From NCBI GenBank assembly GCA_902584795.1, contig CACIBB010000005.1, positions 19,959-83,958 on the forward strand: 64,000 nucleotides of DNA, read 5' to 3'. The position numbers were made by a program, and so were the translations under genes. Within the stretch, counting starts at the first letter, position 1. Each line of letters begins with the position of its first letter. This stretch comes from an uncultured Alphaproteobacteria bacterium. Its GTDB lineage: Bacteria; Pseudomonadota; Alphaproteobacteria; HIMB59. Of this stretch, positions 61,577 to 64,000 are shown in pieces. Below the pieces are notes generated by a model, which was not told the DNA's origin, did not search any database, and was given only the letters and a program-made list of their open reading frames with translations.

Positions 61577-62895
61577 CAGTTTAAATATCCTAAAAATTTT
61601 GATTGTTTATTAATCATAGTATTTAAAAGTTTCTCAGCCTTAATTGCATCATCAACAATAGGATCTGACAAAAGAGCTAAATATGCACCATGTTTTGATT
61701 TATTTAAAATTGCCTCTGTTGTTAATTGTATGACTCCTGTTTGTGAATTTAAAAGAGCGCCAAATGTTTTAGGATAATTATCTAGTTTTTTTCCATTCGC
61801 ACCTTTTTTGTTAATAACTGCTGGTACTTCTACTACAATATCATTTGGTAAATGTTCAATAAAATTATTATTTGGGATATTTACTGCATGTTCAAGTCTA
61901 TTGTCATCTTCAATAATACTTTCAATAATTGGCACAACTCTCTCATCTAGTTTTGGTTTGCTATTATCAAAAAACCTCCCATATAAAAAGTCATCTTCAT
62001 AAAAATTTAAACATCTATTTTTATATTTTTTATAAAAATCTGAAATACCTTCGTGATCAGCCACGCTGAAAGCCCATTGCATGTATTCTCCGACATGACT
62101 GTCTGTTGTAATGGGTAGATAAGAGTATTTTTTAAATAACTCAAAGAAGACTCCTCTTTCAGCCCCAGGGTCTGACTCAAAACCCTCATGATCATTAATT
62201 AAGTTAGAGTAGTAGCTATTAAATTTATCTCGAATAATAGGATATCCATCTTTTTTGGTGTCTTTATATTTGACATCCAATAGGATACTAAAATGATTTA
62301 GCCCTCCTGCTTCAAATTCTATATTGTCGAGGTTGGTATCGAGCAACGTTGGCAATTGTCTTTCCATAGAATGAATTTCGTGGCATAAGCCAATAATATT
62401 TAGATTTGGAAATTTTGTGGTAAGAGCATGACATATTCTTTGCATGGGGTTAGAGTAATTAAATACAACAGCGTCAGGGCAAATCTTTTCTATGTCCTCA
62501 CAAATTTCTATGATTACTGGTATTATTCTTAAAGCATGAAATAGACCTCCGGGGCCTCCGTTTTCTCCATAAATTTGTTTAAAACCATATTCAACTGGTA
62601 CCCCCCAATCTTGTTCCCAGAGTTCAAATCTATTTCCAACTTCAATTGAGATTAAGCAAAAATCAGCACCTTTGAGAGCCTCTTCTCTTGAAGTGGTAGC
62701 TTCAATTTGAAAATCTACCTGAAGTTTTTCTTTATAATTTTCAGCAATTTTCCTTGTTTTTTCAACTGCCTCGGGCCTAATGTCGTGGAGGACGATAGTG
62801 GATCCTTTAAGGGTTTGAGACTTATAAAAGTCTCCAATTATCTTCAAACCAAAGTTAGTACTTCCTGCTCCTATTATTACAATTCTTTTTCCCAT
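61576..62895 (-). CDS. GH4 NAD+/Mn2+-dependent alpha-glycosidase (alpha-galactosidase-like)
   Basis: 'IGAGS', 'GENGGPGG', 'NYSNP', 'GLCH', 'GLNHF', 'VVEVP'. Confidence 0.88.
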   Translation of the reverse strand: MGKRIVIIGAGSTNFGLKIIGDFYKSQTLKGSTIVLHDIRPEAVEKTRKIAENYKEKLQVDFQIEATTSREEALKGADFCLISIEVGNRFELWEQDWGVPVEYGFKQIYGENGGPGGLFHALRIIPVIIEICEDIEKICPDAVVFNYSNPMQRICHALTTKFPNLNIIGLCHEIHSMERQLPTLLDTNLDNIEFEAGGLNHFSILLDVKYKDTKKDGYPIIRDKFNSYYSNLINDHEGFESDPGAERGVFFELFKKYSYLPITTDSHVGEYMQWAFSVADHEGISDFYKKYKNRCLNFYEDDFLYGRFFDNSKPKLDERVVPIIESIIEDDNRLEHAVNIPNNNFIEHLPNDIVVEVPAVINKKGANGKKLDNYPKTFGALLNSQTGVIQLTTEAILNKSKHGAYLALLSDPIVDDAIKAEKLLNTMINKQSKFLGYLN

Positions 62896-62915
62896 TATTT
62901 ATTTACCTATTATCA

Positions 62916-64000
62916 TTAGCCTTTTACTGATCCTGCTACAAGTCCTCTAATAAAATATCTTTGAAGAGAAAAGAAAATAAATAAAGGGACCGTCATTGAT
63001 ACAAAGGCACCTGTTGTTAAAATTTCCCAATTTTCTCCTCTCGATCCAAGAAGCTCTTTTAACTTTGCTGTTAAAATAATTTCACTTGGATGTTTGTCTA
63101 AAAAAACTAAACCAACAAGCAAATCATTCCACACCCATAAAAATTGTAAGATAAAAATCGATGCAAAAGAGGGTATTGATAATGGCACTACTATTTTTAT
63201 AAAAGTATCGTAATGTGTCGCTCCATCAACTCTAGCTGCTTCGATCATTTCGCTAGGTAGTGTTTTTAGAAAATTCCATAATAAAAAAGTAGTTGACGCA
63301 AGACCAAATCCCGTATGTGCCATCCAAATACCGGGATAAGATTTAGCAGAGACACCGAATAATGCCCCAAAGTCATTGTATATTGTTAGCACAGGTATTA
63401 AGCACATCTGCAATGGAACAACCAGAGATGCTATTATAGTAGCTAGTAGAAGATCTCTACCATAAAATTTCATCCAGGTAAGTGCATACGCAAAATACGA
63501 GCAAATAATTAAAGGTATTAAAGTTGCAGGAAGTGCTACTGCAAATGTATTTAAGAATGCCTGCCCTAATCCCTCTTTAAGAAGCACTTCTTTATAATTA
63601 TCAAGTGTAAAGCTTGGAGGACTCTTAGCTGATACAAAAATTCTTTTCCCTTTTTTCTTTTTAAACTCTTCTTTTGATTTCCAAACATAATCACCATTTT
63701 CAAAAACTGTAATTTCTGTTTCATCTTTAAATAATGCAGTCTCACCAACCTCATATTCATCAATATTCTTAGAGGTAATTCCAAACCGATAAATCTCTTT
63801 AACCTGATTTTCATCAAATAAATTACTTTTTATAAAATAGTAATCTCCTTCTTTGATCTGGTCCTCTTTGCCTTTTGTACGATATATTTCGTTGACCTCA
63901 GTAGTGGTAAACGAGGTCCACCAACCACTTATAGCTAAAACATCTTTATCTCTTAGAGAGCTGATAAATAGCCCAAATGTTGGAACAATCCATGCAATTA
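62916..64000 (-). CDS. sugar ABC permease, AglG-like (5' truncated by window)
   Basis: Frame stays open to the window edge (..IAWIVPTFGLFISSLRDKDVLAISGWW..); 'EAARVDGA', 'WVWNDLL'. Confidence 0.9.
   Translation of the reverse strand, partial: IAWIVPTFGLFISSLRDKDVLAISGWWTSFTTTEVNEIYRTKGKEDQIKEGDYYFIKSNLFDENQVKEIYRFGITSKNIDEYEVGETALFKDETEITVFENGDYVWKSKEEFKKKKGKRIFVSAKSPPSFTLDNYKEVLLKEGLGQAFLNTFAVALPATLIPLIICSYFAYALTWMKFYGRDLLLATIIASLVVPLQMCLIPVLTIYNDFGALFGVSAKSYPGIWMAHTGFGLASTTFLLWNFLKTLPSEMIEAARVDGATHYDTFIKIVVPLSIPSFASIFILQFLWVWNDLLVGLVFLDKHPSEIILTAKLKELLGSRGENWEILTTGAFVSMTVPLFIFFSLQRYFIRGLVAGSVKG

Noticed and set aside
63566-63817. Separate 83-aa ORF or frameshift in the permease
   Set aside because: The permease frame is open from 62916 to the window edge, so this is an out-of-frame shadow.

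Overview
AT-rich, very tightly packed chromosome segment of a streamlined marine alphaproteobacterium. Gene content and order suggest a SAR11-like/HIMB59 (AEGEAN-169)-type organism; this is inference. Bases 1-32 kb are core genes: rbfA-truB-rpsO-pnp, fabA-fabB-fabI, ubiE/coaC/coaB/dut, mutM, rpsT-dnaA-dnaN-recF-gyrB-regB-regA-polA, an unusual class I ribonucleotide reductase cassette, and pfkB-ahcY-metK-tsaE-amgK-murU-trxA. Bases 32-64 kb are a catabolic region. It contains (i) a phosphonate cluster with phnA, phnY, a CUT1 ABC importer, a phosphonate-type Fe-alcohol dehydrogenase and a MetE-like Zn thiol-alkyltransferase, but no phnW/phnX/C-P lyase; (ii) a methyltransferase-like/DddP-like/SMR operon; (iii) a GAF-Fis regulator lacking the sigma54 AAA+ domain, facing an ADH plus polyol/sugar ABC operon; and (iv) iolD and a glycoside ABC/GH4/GH1 operon. 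The best candidate for an undescribed system is the phosphonate cluster, read as a route for a (methylated or esterified) 2-hydroxyethylphosphonate-type substrate. Other highlights are a chimeric two-ATP-cone, eukaryote-like NrdA paired with an NrdB carrying Glu at the usual Asp metal ligand, several lost structural zinc sites, and three small proteins absent from the ORF track. No rRNA, tRNA, CRISPR or mobile element was recognised. All family calls come from motif reading and recalled family sequences, not from database searches.
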